Source of the DNA: Lachnospiraceae bacterium
GTDB lineage: Bacteria; Bacillota; Clostridia; Lachnospirales; Lachnospiraceae
Assembly: GCA_028692975.1 (NCBI GenBank)
Contig: JAQUWF010000006.1
Coordinates: 5,363 to 69,362 of the forward strand
Length of the DNA stretch: 64,000 bases
Reading direction: 5' to 3'
Below are positions 37,887 through 48,318 of this stretch, in pieces (the stretch's first letter is position 1; the number at the start of each line of letters is the position of its first letter). The translations under genes and the position numbers were made by a program. Under the pieces are notes generated by a model that was not told the DNA's origin, did no database searches, and saw only the letters and a program-made list of their open reading frames with translations.

Positions 37887-38837
37887 TTAACTGTTCTTTA
37901 CTGAATTTCCAATAACCTTTTCTAATGCAACGGATCCGATAATCAATGCGCCCATTACGATTTTCTGATAGTAGCTGGAAACATTCAAAATGTTCAGACC
38001 GTTTGTTATGGTGCCGATGGTCAGGCCTCCAAGGAGAACTCCAAAGATTTTTCCTTTTCCTCCAAAAAATGAAGTTCCTCCGATAATACAGGAGGCGATT
38101 GCGAAGGTTTCATATCCGTCTCCGGCTGTGGGCTCCGCAGCGCCTACACGGGAAGTCATGATAATTCCGGCAACACCGGCCAGCAGACTGGCCAGCATAT
38201 GTGCAAATAACGTATAATGTTTTGTATTTATTCCAGAATACCATGCCGACTGTTTGTTCCCACCCAATGCATATAAGTTACGTGCGGCCACACTCCTGGT
38301 GGTAAACAATATCAGCACCACCGCCATAATCAGTGCAAACAACAGTGGTATGGGGAATCCGAATACGTAACCAGACATATCTTTGAACGCTTTTGGCAGT
38401 CCGTATACCGGTGATCCATTGGAAACAACCAGTGTGATTCCTCTGAATATGGTATTTGTACCCAGGGTGACCACAAAGGGATGCAGATCCAGCGCATTGA
38501 TCAGGATGCCATTTACCGCTCCGAAAACTAATGCAATCAACAATCCTGCAAGAATCGCTAAGGGAATTGGAACTCCTGCTTTTAACATCATAGCTATAAA
38601 CATTCCAACCAGCGCCGCTACCGATCCGACTGATAAGTCAATACCAGCTAAAAGGATTGCAAAAAATTCGCCAAATGCAAGCAGAATATATACCGTACTC
38701 TGTAATCCAATCTGCTTGAAATTATCGGCGGTCAAAAAATATTTTGGGGAAGCGATGGACAGGCAGACCAGCATCAGAACCAGTATGCTCAGTGTACCAA
38801 ATTTGTCCCAAAAACTTTTAAATTTTGCTTTTGTCAT
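37887..38837 (-). CDS. ribose-type ABC transporter permease
   Basis: 316-aa RbsC-family polytopic protein, paralogous to 32830-33819. Confidence 0.85.
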   Translation of the reverse strand: MTKAKFKSFWDKFGTLSILVLMLVCLSIASPKYFLTADNFKQIGLQSTVYILLAFGEFFAILLAGIDLSVGSVAALVGMFIAMMLKAGVPIPLAILAGLLIALVFGAVNGILINALDLHPFVVTLGTNTIFRGITLVVSNGSPVYGLPKAFKDMSGYVFGFPIPLLFALIMAVVLILFTTRSVAARNLYALGGNKQSAWYSGINTKHYTLFAHMLASLLAGVAGIIMTSRVGAAEPTAGDGYETFAIASCIIGGTSFFGGKGKIFGVLLGGLTIGTITNGLNILNVSSYYQKIVMGALIIGSVALEKVIGNSVKNS

Positions 38838-38848
38838 AATCTCACCTC

Positions 38849-40381
38849 TTAATCCACTGCAACGGCAGCTCGCATAATTGTTTCTTCTGTCGCTTCACCT
38901 GTCGCCTCATTATTTGTCAACACTCCTGATATCTCACCATTTCTGAACACGATAATTCTATCGCATGTAGATAAAAGTTCCGGCATTTCTGAGGAAACCA
39001 TAACAATGGCTTTTCCATCATCTGCCATACCACGCATAATATCGTAGATCTCGCTCTTTGCACCCACATCAATACCTTTTGTCGGTTCATCAAAAATAAA
39101 TACATCCGAATTAACGGCCAGCCATTTTCCTATGATAACCTTCTGCTGATTACCGCCGGAAAGATTGACGGTCATCTGATTGATACCGGAACATTTTGTA
39201 TTCAGGCGTCCGACCTGTTCTTCTGCCATCTTTTTTTCGTCCTTGTCATGTACAAGTCCGCTGAAACCTGCTAATCTTGATTTTTTCAAATTCATTGTCA
39301 CGGAAATCTCACGCCAGATTTCAAAATTCTGGAAGAATCCTGTTTCACGGCGGTTTTCTGTAACCATGGCGATTCCCTTTTTCAACGCATGATAGGTATC
39401 TTTTATCTTGATCGGTTTGCCATGCAGAAAGATTTCTCCGCTGGAAATTGGTTTCGCGCCAAAAATCCCTTCCATACATTCCGACCGACCTGCGCCAATG
39501 AGTCCCGCGAATCCAAGGATTTCACCTTTTCTCACGTCAAAGCTGATGTTGCGTGCCGTTCCATCTTTTCTGGTAAGATTCTTCACAGAGAAAATAACTT
39601 CATTATTTTTTTCTATTTCTGCTTCATTTCCCAGATGACTGGCTTTTATCTTACGTCCTACCATCATTGGGATCAGATCGTCCACTTCAATATCTGCGAC
39701 ATCGCGCGTCTCCACGTATGCCCCATCCTTTAAAACAGTGACCCGGTCTCCCACCTGCTTGATTTCTTTTAATTTGTGGGAAATATAGATGATGCCAATT
39801 CCATTTTTTTTGAGTTTTTCAATAATCTGGAACAGTTCTTCTGTCTCTTCAATAGACAAAGAAGAGGTCGGCTCATCCATAATAATTATCTTGGCATCTG
39901 CCGCCAGCGCTTTTGCAATCTCCACCTGCTGCTTCTCGGAAATGGAAATATCCTGAACCAAAGTGTTTGGACTTCTCTTGATGCCGATTTCGTCCATATA
40001 CTTTTTCGCCTGCTCATTGATATATTTCCGGTTCATAATCTTCATCCCGGCGATTTTTTTGTAGGGTAGTTTTCCTACATAAAGATTTTCCGCAATGGAT
40101 AATTCATTTACTACACTCAATTCCTGATAGATGATTGCAATTTTATTCTCAACAGAATCCTTTGGTGTCAAATGGCTGTATGACTTTCCACCGATAATGA
40201 TTTCACCCTCTGTCGGTTTATTGATCCCACTCAGCATTTTAACCAGTGTGGATTTTCCGGCTCCATTCTCACCAAGTAATATATGTACTTCTCCTGGTTT
40301 CAAATTAAAAGAAACTTTGTCAAGAGCTACGACGCCAGGAAATTTCATAGTCATGTTTTTCATTTCTACCAAATATTCCAT
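38849..40381 (-). CDS. sugar ABC transporter ATP-binding protein, duplicated ATPase
   Basis: Two ABC cassettes (GENGAGKST; LSGGNQQKV); paralog of 33841-35361. Confidence 0.9.
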   Translation of the reverse strand: MEYLVEMKNMTMKFPGVVALDKVSFNLKPGEVHILLGENGAGKSTLVKMLSGINKPTEGEIIIGGKSYSHLTPKDSVENKIAIIYQELSVVNELSIAENLYVGKLPYKKIAGMKIMNRKYINEQAKKYMDEIGIKRSPNTLVQDISISEKQQVEIAKALAADAKIIIMDEPTSSLSIEETEELFQIIEKLKKNGIGIIYISHKLKEIKQVGDRVTVLKDGAYVETRDVADIEVDDLIPMMVGRKIKASHLGNEAEIEKNNEVIFSVKNLTRKDGTARNISFDVRKGEILGFAGLIGAGRSECMEGIFGAKPISSGEIFLHGKPIKIKDTYHALKKGIAMVTENRRETGFFQNFEIWREISVTMNLKKSRLAGFSGLVHDKDEKKMAEEQVGRLNTKCSGINQMTVNLSGGNQQKVIIGKWLAVNSDVFIFDEPTKGIDVGAKSEIYDIMRGMADDGKAIVMVSSEMPELLSTCDRIIVFRNGEISGVLTNNEATGEATEETIMRAAVAVD

Positions 40382-40451
40382 AAGTTCCCTCTTTCATTAT
40401 GAAAGTAACTTCCGGGCCCTACACCCGGAAATCACCTGATTTACTATATTT

Positions 40452-40508
40452 CCTGATTCATTTTCTTACGGTCAGCGCAGTAAATGCGCCGACCTACTGA
40501 ATAGTTAC
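40452..40508 (+). mobile_element. 57-bp interspersed repeat unit (B-type), flanked by direct repeat TTACTATATTT / TATATTT
   Basis: 53/57 identical to the reverse complement of 48315-48371 and 51/57 to 55469-55525. Contains the hairpin GGTCAGCGCA-GTAAA-TGCGCCGACC. Direct repeats lie at 40441-40451 and 40505-40515. Confidence 0.6.
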
Positions 40509-40518
40509 TATATTTTTA

Positions 40519-41586
40519 TTATTTCAGATATTCATCTACATTGTCTGCTGTAACAAGGAATGAATCGATATAATTCACAGGCATTTCAGCAGAAGCATCT
40601 GCCTTCCATCCTTCTTTTGCTGCTTTTACTGCCAGTTCGCAGCATGCGATACCGATACCTACATTATCCTGTCCAACGGTCGCTGCCATCTCACCATTTT
40701 TAACAGACTCCTTCGCATTCTGTACCGCATCTGTTCCGACTACCATGACCTGATCCTGTTTACCTGCATTGACAACCGCTTCGTAAACACCTAATGCCAT
40801 AGTATCATTGCAGCAGTAGAATGCTTTCAGTTCTGGATTAGACTGCATGATGTTGGTCGCAACGTCGATAGAAGTCAGACGGTCCCAGTCACCGGACTGG
40901 CTTGCTACAACGTCAATACCGTCAACACCCTTGAAGTAATCCGTAGCACCCTTAGTACGATTGTTGGAAGTCACATTGCCTGCTGTTCCTTCGATGATGG
41001 CAACCTGGCCGCTTCCAATCTTTTCTGAAATGTATTCTGCACCCTTCTGTCCAACTATTACGTTATCTGTGGTGTAGATACCAACCATATTTCCACCGCC
41101 TTCTTTTACTGCTTCCGCGTCGATGGCCTCATCTACATTAACTACAGGAATACCTGCCTCACAGGCTTTGATAACACCTTCTACCAGGTTGGATGCTGAA
41201 AGCGGAGCTGCACAGATTGCATTGTAATCTTTAGAAATAATGTTTTCCATCTGCTCTAACTGTCCCTGTATATTGTCCTCAGACTCTGCACAATATACAT
41301 CAACACTCACGCCGTCCTGTCCTTGTGCCCATTCTTCAATACCAGCCTTCATAGATGACCAGTATTCATTAGATTCCGGTTTCAAAAGAACTGCCAGTTT
41401 TACTTCCCCGTCCGCACTTGCTGTATCTTCTGTTTTTTTATCCTCTGTTTTTGTGTCTTCTGTTTTTGTGTCTTCTGTCTTTGTGTCTTCTGTTGTCGCC
41501 GGTGCATCAGCGCTGTCTGACCCACATGCAACCAATCCCATTACCATTGCTACTGCTAATACTGTTGCCAATAACTTTTTCTTCAT
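40519..41586 (-). CDS. sugar ABC substrate-binding lipoprotein
   Basis: Lipobox LVACGS, a (TEDTK)n linker, then a PBP type I fold. AGGAGGAAG RBS. Confidence 0.85.
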   Translation of the reverse strand: MKKKLLATVLAVAMVMGLVACGSDSADAPATTEDTKTEDTKTEDTKTEDKKTEDTASADGEVKLAVLLKPESNEYWSSMKAGIEEWAQGQDGVSVDVYCAESEDNIQGQLEQMENIISKDYNAICAAPLSASNLVEGVIKACEAGIPVVNVDEAIDAEAVKEGGGNMVGIYTTDNVIVGQKGAEYISEKIGSGQVAIIEGTAGNVTSNNRTKGATDYFKGVDGIDVVASQSGDWDRLTSIDVATNIMQSNPELKAFYCCNDTMALGVYEAVVNAGKQDQVMVVGTDAVQNAKESVKNGEMAATVGQDNVGIGIACCELAVKAAKEGWKADASAEMPVNYIDSFLVTADNVDEYLK

Positions 41587-41609
41587 TTTTCTTCCTCCTG
41601 TTAAAATAG

Positions 41610-42662
41610 TTATTTAATGAAAGTACAATACTTTTCATTCGTAGTCAGGTGGTCGATGAATTCGATTTCAAGTTCAAACTTCCTCGACTCATTCGGTTCC
41701 AGAAATAGTAGTCTTCCTTCTTCCCTTGCCCGGATTCTGCCACCCACATGACAGGTACCCGGCTCAATACCCAGTGCGTAATCCCCGCTTCGCGGGCTGC
41801 TCCATTGATTTAAGACAGGCAGTACCTGCGGATTAAAGCGAATCAATACGCCCATATCCAGATTTTGATTATGTATCAGGACATATGCCTCATCCCGCTC
41901 CTTGTCCGACATGGTTCGAAAGAATACTTCTTCCTCATATCCATCCATGGGTTTCTGGAAAGTGGTGCAGGTATCCAGTCCCTTCTTTGATGCTTCATCC
42001 CGTGTTTCGATTTGATCGAAATCTGTGTAGATCCTGCAGGATTCGTCCAGCATGGGATACCCCATATTAAAGTGATACAAAAGCATCAGCGGTGCAGGTT
42101 CAAAATCCTGATTTGTGACCACATCGGAAATCCAGATTTTGTTTTCCATATTGTTTAAAGTTATTTTCTTCTGGATTACCATGTTTGGGCCAAACAGATG
42201 CCCTTCTCTCGCCTGTCCTGTGACCGTTATCCACGCCATATCATCTTTCCATTCCACGTGAGAGGAAACATGTTCCATGGGTGTGTTAGAAACAGGGCCG
42301 TGCAGACCGTTTTTCTGTCCATTCTCCTCACCCGGTGTTCCCATGTAAGTCAGTCCGCAGGTTGTCAGAAAGCCAGCTTCGAAATTTCTTAAAAACCCTC
42401 TTGTTCCTTCTTCCTGATAAAATTCCGGGCCACAGATACCTGTCTTGCATATAAAACCAGCGTTAATTCCCTGAAAAGTCATTTCTGGGATTGCAAAGCA
42501 TTTGTCAGCCAGTATGGTCATCTGCAGATCCCTGCCATTTTTGATTTCGTAGGCTCTGGTTCCTTTTGCTTTGCCTTCCTGGAATACTACCTCCCGTACT
42601 CCAAGCAATTGCGAATAATCACCACAATAAGCTTCTATCTCCCGTTTTGATAATGTACGCAT
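41610..42662 (-). CDS. aldose 1-epimerase-like (DUF4432-type) protein
   Basis: 350-aa ORF. GLHGPVSNTP and the overall beta-sandwich-like pattern resemble the mutarotase-like DUF4432 family. Function inferred weakly. Confidence 0.55.
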   Translation of the reverse strand: MRTLSKREIEAYCGDYSQLLGVREVVFQEGKAKGTRAYEIKNGRDLQMTILADKCFAIPEMTFQGINAGFICKTGICGPEFYQEEGTRGFLRNFEAGFLTTCGLTYMGTPGEENGQKNGLHGPVSNTPMEHVSSHVEWKDDMAWITVTGQAREGHLFGPNMVIQKKITLNNMENKIWISDVVTNQDFEPAPLMLLYHFNMGYPMLDESCRIYTDFDQIETRDEASKKGLDTCTTFQKPMDGYEEEVFFRTMSDKERDEAYVLIHNQNLDMGVLIRFNPQVLPVLNQWSSPRSGDYALGIEPGTCHVGGRIRAREEGRLLFLEPNESRKFELEIEFIDHLTTNEKYCTFIK

Positions 42663-42679
42663 CGTCTTTACCTCGGTCC

Positions 42680-43423
42680 TTACTTTGACAAGAATTTAAA
42701 TTGTGTATACTTTGGATAATCCGCAAACATCAGATATTTGGCCGGTTCATCTTCTTCCATGGTTGGGATTCTCTGGCCCGCAGTATGGAAACGATTGTCA
42801 ATAGTATCATCATTCGTTGTAGATACTTCGAATAAAATCACATCGCCCGTTCCCGGTACACCCTGCCATGAGTGATACTGACCCGGACATAAGGTAATGC
42901 TGCTGCCCGGTTTGCATACGACTTTGCCGCCTGCAGGAACCGTAACATCCTTGCCATCCATAACAACTGTCACGTCCGTGTCTGCGAATTGCCCCGGTTT
43001 GCCGGATCGTCCGCCTTCTACATCATCGATGTCCTCCTGCACAGCATTGTACAGTGTCACTTCCAGATCTCCGCCGCCCCGGTTGATGATATCTTCCATC
43101 TTGCTCCAATGATAATGAAACGGTAATATCTGTCCGTCATTTACAAATAATAACTTTTCTGCATATGGCTTTGGATATTTATCCTTTGCATGAAAATTTC
43201 CATTTCGGAAGGTGAAAATAGTAAGTCCGATTTTATTAAAATCCCCACTTCCAAAATCTGTAATATCCCATCCCAGCATATTTTCGACTAATTCTATTTC
43301 GTCCTCGCCGAGATTCTTCCAGTCCTCCGGACTGTAGTAAGCGAATTCTGGTAATGGAAATTTTGCCTTCGTTGCCACGTCTATGGTATGTTGAATAATC
43401 TGATTTGATTCAGAGCGCTTCAT
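42680..43423 (-). CDS. D-lyxose/D-mannose family sugar isomerase (cupin)
   Basis: WDITDFGSGDF, FHYHWSKMEDIINRGGG and SITLCPGQYHSW match the D-lyxose ketol-isomerase (YdaE-like) cupin. Start set at ATG 43423 (GGGAGGAAG upstream). Confidence 0.75.
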   Translation of the reverse strand: MKRSESNQIIQHTIDVATKAKFPLPEFAYYSPEDWKNLGEDEIELVENMLGWDITDFGSGDFNKIGLTIFTFRNGNFHAKDKYPKPYAEKLLFVNDGQILPFHYHWSKMEDIINRGGGDLEVTLYNAVQEDIDDVEGGRSGKPGQFADTDVTVVMDGKDVTVPAGGKVVCKPGSSITLCPGQYHSWQGVPGTGDVILFEVSTTNDDTIDNRFHTAGQRIPTMEEDEPAKYLMFADYPKYTQFKFLSK

Positions 43424-43460
43424 TTCTTTCTTCCTCCCTATAATGTCCAATTTTTGATTG

Positions 43461-43474
43461 GAAAAACGTTTTTC
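43461..43474. promoter_or_regulatory. LacI-family operator candidate in the divergent region
   Basis: Perfect 14-bp palindrome GAAAAACGTTTTTC with a central CG, 38 nt upstream of the lyxose-isomerase start and between it and the divergent LacI gene. Confidence 0.5.
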
Positions 43475-43652
43475 TTATGTGTTTTACAATAGCATCAATT
43501 GATTTCATTGTCAATATGTCAAATTTCTCTAATGTTATTTTTTTATATATAGTAATGTTGCACAAGACACTTTTCCAAGTTTTTCCTCATAATTCTTGCT
43601 TTTCCGCCATATCTGAATTAGAATGGGGGAGAGAAAAGGGAGGTAAACTGCA

Positions 43653-44693
43653 TTGGTAACTATAAAAGATGTGGCGAAATTAGCCGGCGTATCTATTTCT
43701 ACAGTATCGCATGTAATCAATCACACAAAGCATGTCCAGGAGGATACTCGTCTCCGTGTACAGCAGGCGATTGATTCCCTTGGTTACAAAACAAATATCT
43801 TTGCAAAGAATTTAAAAAGCCAGAAATCCAATCGAATCGGTCTTATTGTACTGGATATGTGTGGCCTTTTTTTCCCATATGTCACAAAGGAAATCTGTCG
43901 CACTGCCGGAGAAAATGGCTACACTGTCACCCTGTACGATTCCAACGGCAGTTTCGACCGTGAAACACTGGCAATTAATGATCTTGTGGAAAGCAGCGTA
44001 GATGGTATTATCCTCAGTTCTGTGGTCCCGCAGGCAGAGAAATCTTCTTATGCAGCAGATCTTCACAAGCTTCTGGCTGGTGCGCAAAAGTCCATCCCTC
44101 TGGTCATGATGGAACGTGATTTTTCTCCCTATGGTTTTGATTCGATTTGTACAGACTCTTATGCCGGTGCCCGCACGGCCATGGAACACTTGATTGATAT
44201 CGGCTGCAAGCGGATCGGTCATATTGCCGTCCAAAATGAACCCAACGGACGATTGTCCGGATATACTGACATACTGAGGGAACATCATATTCCTTATGAC
44301 GATGCCTGTGTATTAAGCGGAGATTTTACCCATGAAAGCGGCTATGCCTGTACCAGGGAACTGCTGAAACGCAATCTGGGACTGGACGGCCTTTTTGTTG
44401 GCAACGACCAGATGGCAGTTGGTGCACTCCACGCACTTCAGGAAGCAAATATCCGGGTTCCAGAGGATATAAAGGTGATCGGCTTCGACAATATTTTTAT
44501 CTGCGATGTGCTGAATCCTCCGCTGAGTTCTATTCATATTGCCAAACGTCAATTAGGCCAGAAATCTATCTCCCTTCTTTTAGACCGGATCAACAACGGT
44601 GTCCAGCCATCCCCATACAAAGAGACGCTGGAACACCACCTTGTGGTCAGGAATTCTACTGTTCCCAATACACCACTGCATATGAGCTGGTAA
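43653..44693 (+). CDS. LacI family transcriptional regulator (TTG start)
   Basis: HTH IKDVAKLAGVSISTVSHVIN plus an effector domain. GGGAGG lies 9 nt upstream of TTG at 43653. Confidence 0.88.
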   Translation: MVTIKDVAKLAGVSISTVSHVINHTKHVQEDTRLRVQQAIDSLGYKTNIFAKNLKSQKSNRIGLIVLDMCGLFFPYVTKEICRTAGENGYTVTLYDSNGSFDRETLAINDLVESSVDGIILSSVVPQAEKSSYAADLHKLLAGAQKSIPLVMMERDFSPYGFDSICTDSYAGARTAMEHLIDIGCKRIGHIAVQNEPNGRLSGYTDILREHHIPYDDACVLSGDFTHESGYACTRELLKRNLGLDGLFVGNDQMAVGALHALQEANIRVPEDIKVIGFDNIFICDVLNPPLSSIHIAKRQLGQKSISLLLDRINNGVQPSPYKETLEHHLVVRNSTVPNTPLHMSW

Positions 44694-44719
44694 ACAGTTC
44701 ATATGCAGCGTTTTTCTTT

Positions 44720-45607
44720 TCAGGCCATGCCATATTTTTTCAGCATTTCCTGCTCATAGTGCAGCAGATATTCTGCTTCTTTATCGCGATATTCCGGTGA
44801 CATATCCGGTTCCAGATCTCTCCACACAAAGATATTTTTGCCCACTTCACCACCCTGTGCCACAAAAGGTTCCGAAACAATCCGTCCTGTATATCCAACG
44901 TCTGCCAAAGCCTGGAATATTTCATCAAAATCAATGTGCCCGCGGCCGGGGCATCTCCGGTTGTTGTCTCCCGTATGGAAATTCACCAGTTTGTCTCCAG
45001 CCAGAAGGATTGCATTGCGGAAGCTGTCTTCCTCGATATTCATGTGATATGTATCCAAAAGCACACCAATATTCGGAGAATCCACCGCATCGGCATAAGC
45101 CACTGCCTCTTTTGCTGTATTGATCAGACAGCCCTCAAACCGATTAACTGCCTCCACACAATAAGTAACGCCATTGTCTTCCGCTGTCCTGACGATCTCA
45201 CGCATGGATTTCAAAGAATTCTCCAATAATTGCTGTTTGCCTGACACAGGATCCACATCACAGCATCTCCATCCTGCGTAACTTACACCGGACAGCAATT
45301 TTCCGCCCATATAGCCCACGCATTCTACGATACGCTTCAGATATTCCACCCCGCCCAGCCGTATCTGCTCATCCTTGCTGGAGACGTCAAAGCGTGGATC
45401 AAGACCCAGACTGTAGGTCAGCTCTATGCCAAGTTCATCGGCATTCTTTTTCATTTCATCCATATGCGCATGGGACATTTCCAGAAGCGGCTGCGCCTGA
45501 AATTCCAGGATATCAAAGCCGATATCTTTTGCCTTTTTCATATATTTAATGTGATCTACATTCCACGTATTTTCCCAGAAATTAATAAAAATGCCAAGTT
45601 TATTCAT
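44720..45607 (-). CDS. ketose 3-epimerase (D-psicose/D-tagatose 3-epimerase family, TIM barrel)
   Basis: EAVNRFEGCLINTA, LLDTYHMNIEE, HTGDNNRRCPGRGHIDF and SEPFV...VWRDL are colinear with my recollection of the Clostridium cellulolyticum D-psicose 3-epimerase, including the metal ligands E/D/H/E. Confidence 0.8.
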   Translation of the reverse strand: MNKLGIFINFWENTWNVDHIKYMKKAKDIGFDILEFQAQPLLEMSHAHMDEMKKNADELGIELTYSLGLDPRFDVSSKDEQIRLGGVEYLKRIVECVGYMGGKLLSGVSYAGWRCCDVDPVSGKQQLLENSLKSMREIVRTAEDNGVTYCVEAVNRFEGCLINTAKEAVAYADAVDSPNIGVLLDTYHMNIEEDSFRNAILLAGDKLVNFHTGDNNRRCPGRGHIDFDEIFQALADVGYTGRIVSEPFVAQGGEVGKNIFVWRDLEPDMSPEYRDKEAEYLLHYEQEMLKKYGMA

Positions 45608-45610
45608 CCT

Positions 45611-46804
45611 CTATACCTCCCTGTTCTGTAAAATATTTCCATCTGGGCCGAAATGCTTCAGCATAACCAGCGGTTCATATTTCGATTCATTTTTAATAAT
45701 AACGCCCTGCGTCGCAGCCTTTTTGCTTACAAAATACTCATCCGCAGTGAGATCACCGTAACGGATCAGTGTCGGTGATTCGCATGCAAATCCACCGATC
45801 TGTCCATGGCCCTGAATGACCACACAGCCGTATGCACTGTCATCTTTGATAACCACACTCTGCCCCGGATATACGGTCAGCTCCTTGCCTCCCACATACT
45901 CATTGCCATAGACGATCCAATGCTGTACATAACTCTCGCTCTGGGATTCCAACTGCGGACGGCGGAAAAATCTTTCCCGATAGTCCGGCGCCGTGTTCAG
46001 TTCCCAGTCGGCCACTTCCAGAATTTTATCAATATCATTTTTATCTTCTTCCGGGAGATATGCACTCAGATCGTCGTAATGGAACACCTCACCATTTACT
46101 ACATTTTCCCAGATAGCCATAACGTCGCTGTTCCACTGCGGTTCGTAGGTGCAAAGTGAACCTGGTGCATGTACTACGCCAGCCGGTGTGTACCAGCCTG
46201 TATCCAGTTCGATACGGTATGCCCGCGACAATTCCGTGATCCGCATATCCCGCTTCGTGTAGTCGCGCAGCCGTTCCCGCACTTCCTCTTTTGTGACAGA
46301 AGGATCAAACCCAAAATAGCTTACCGGCATATCACCCAAGTGATTGTTGTACTGTTTCGGAAAAAAGTAATGTTCATGTTTTGGTAGCACGCCAACCTTT
46401 TTGCAGGCTGCTTCCGCATGATGAATATGATGAAACAATGGTTTCTGATAATCATAAAACTTAGAATACATAGGCCAGGTACCATATTGATCCATCAGTT
46501 CCTGCCCAATCAGATCCGCTCCCAGTTCATCGATAAAATTTTTAAACAGGATAGCCCCTTCCTTCGTATCGTCCACATTGACGAAACTCATGCCCTCATA
46601 AGGCTGCGCCCCCTTTGTCTCCACATGGGTAATCGAACTGAACCACCGTTCCACGATGGCTCCCCGCTCCATGCCCATAGCAAAATAATCGTCTGGATGC
46701 AGCCGCAGTCTCTGCCCCGGTCTGTTAAAAGGCCGCGGTACCCAGGTAGGCGTCAACTGCAAAATCCCTGCCCCTTTTTCGAATGTCTCTCTGATCTTGC
46801 TCAT
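45611..46804 (-). CDS. putative cupin-type sugar isomerase (class I phosphomannose-isomerase-like); function uncertain
   Basis: 397-aa ORF, 3 nt upstream of the epimerase. His-rich LFHHIHH / KHEHYFF segments and a C-terminal beta-rich domain suggest a PMI-like cupin. The family assignment is from memory only. Confidence 0.55.
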   Translation of the reverse strand: MSKIRETFEKGAGILQLTPTWVPRPFNRPGQRLRLHPDDYFAMGMERGAIVERWFSSITHVETKGAQPYEGMSFVNVDDTKEGAILFKNFIDELGADLIGQELMDQYGTWPMYSKFYDYQKPLFHHIHHAEAACKKVGVLPKHEHYFFPKQYNNHLGDMPVSYFGFDPSVTKEEVRERLRDYTKRDMRITELSRAYRIELDTGWYTPAGVVHAPGSLCTYEPQWNSDVMAIWENVVNGEVFHYDDLSAYLPEEDKNDIDKILEVADWELNTAPDYRERFFRRPQLESQSESYVQHWIVYGNEYVGGKELTVYPGQSVVIKDDSAYGCVVIQGHGQIGGFACESPTLIRYGDLTADEYFVSKKAATQGVIIKNESKYEPLVMLKHFGPDGNILQNREV

Positions 46805-46827
46805 ATTTTCCCGTCCTTTCTTTATTG

Positions 46828-46841
46828 TTTATACGTATAAA
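46828..46841. promoter_or_regulatory. LacI-family operator candidate upstream of the isomerase-epimerase pair
   Basis: Perfect 14-bp palindrome TTTATACGTATAAA, 24 nt upstream of start 46804. Related copies: TTTATACGTATAAG at 46924-46937 and TTATTCGTATAA at 48493-48504 upstream of araD. Confidence 0.55.
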
Positions 46842-47301
46842 TATCATGTAAAAAAAATTCTTACCAAAATTTATGCTTTTTTTGTTTCCATTACTATTAC
46901 ACCTTTTACTTTTTCTTTATTCGTTTATACGTATAAGTTATGATGAGAAAAGTGTAGCCCACATTTTGCTTCCTGTCAAACAGAAATACATTTTCTGATG
47001 TGATTTCAGCATAATAATCAATTTTTGTATATTAATTTTGATTATTATGCCCGAAAGAAAAATGCAGGCTAACCAATATGGCGATTTATAATTGCTGTAC
47101 ATATATTTTTTGCCGCACGTCCTGTATAACTTCCGAAAAATTCAAGTTGTTTTTCTCCGCAAAAGTGTCCAGCCTTGCCGGAATGGTAAGGTTTACGACA
47201 GAAAATACACATTTACTGACACAATCTTTCGCTTTCGTGATAGAATAATAAGCAATATAAAACGTTTTTTGAATCACTTAATAAATAAATGAGGTGTCAG
47301 C

Positions 47302-48318
47302 ATGACAAATAGATCCGTAACTATGAAAGATGTGGCGAAACTGGCCGGCGTTTCTCAGCCTACTGTTTCTTATGTGATAAATGGTACCGCCAGTATCTCC
47401 CCTGAGGTAACAGAGCGTGTGCTGCGTGCGATTGAAGAGACTGGCTACCAGCCCAACGCCTTTGCTCAGAATCTGAAGAGAAGCTCTTCCTCCACGATTG
47501 CTGTTCTGATTCCTGATCTGGTAAACCCGTATTATGCCAGTGTTTCTCAGGAAATCGAACAATATTTATCCCAGAAGGGATATTTTACCTATCTGGCCTG
47601 CAGCAACAGCGATCCTGCTACGGAAGAATCTTACATAAAATCCTTTCTCCAGCATAAAGTATCGGGCATACTTATTTTTTCTCTGGTCAACCGCCAGCTT
47701 TACAAATTAATCGCCAATACAGGAACACCTATGGTCCTCTTAGATGACCAGTCAAATACCTTTCATCTGCCTTACCTTCATATACGCAACCAGGAAGGTG
47801 CTATGACTGCCGTAGAATATCTACATGATTCTGGATGCCAAAAGATTGGATTTGTCAGTGAACCTCTTGTGAAATTATCCATAAAAGAACGTTGGAAAGG
47901 CTTCGAGCAGATCTACAAAAAATATTATCCGGATAATCCGGCGGACCATGCAATAACCCTCTCTTGTGCGGGTAATACTTACCGTTCTGGTTATGATCTG
48001 GCAGAGAAACTTTTGGAAGATGGTTACGATGGGCTCTTTGTCACCTCCGATTTCCTGGCATGCGGACTGATCAAAAAATTGGGAGCCCTGCACGTTGATA
48101 TTCCGGAACAGATTTCTATTATCGGTTATGATGGTTTGTATATTTCAGATCTGATTACCCCAGCCTTGTCTACCATGCAGCAGCCCATATCAGAAATCTG
48201 TCATGAGGGCGCAAACATGTTGCTGGATATCATTCATACCGGCCAGTACAAACAGGTGCAGGAGCTGCGGCCCACATTGCTTTTACGTGAAACCACGAAA
48301 AAATTGGATCCGCGGTAA
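47302..48318 (+). CDS. LacI family transcriptional regulator
   Basis: HTH MKDVAKLAGVSQPTVSYVIN plus an effector domain. GAGGTG RBS. Its stop codon lies inside the terminal GTAAC of a repeat element. Confidence 0.9.
   Translation: MTNRSVTMKDVAKLAGVSQPTVSYVINGTASISPEVTERVLRAIEETGYQPNAFAQNLKRSSSSTIAVLIPDLVNPYYASVSQEIEQYLSQKGYFTYLACSNSDPATEESYIKSFLQHKVSGILIFSLVNRQLYKLIANTGTPMVLLDDQSNTFHLPYLHIRNQEGAMTAVEYLHDSGCQKIGFVSEPLVKLSIKERWKGFEQIYKKYYPDNPADHAITLSCAGNTYRSGYDLAEKLLEDGYDGLFVTSDFLACGLIKKLGALHVDIPEQISIIGYDGLYISDLITPALSTMQQPISEICHEGANMLLDIIHTGQYKQVQELRPTLLLRETTKKLDPR

Noticed and set aside
47086-47277. 63-aa minus-strand ORF whose C-terminal half (VVNLTIPARLDTFAEKNNLNFSEVIQDVRQKI) looks like a ribbon-helix-helix motif
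   Set aside because: It has a GTG start with no RBS and an implausible N-terminal 25 aa, and it lies in the A+T-rich promoter region of the third LacI gene. The resemblance is by eye only and is too weak to annotate.
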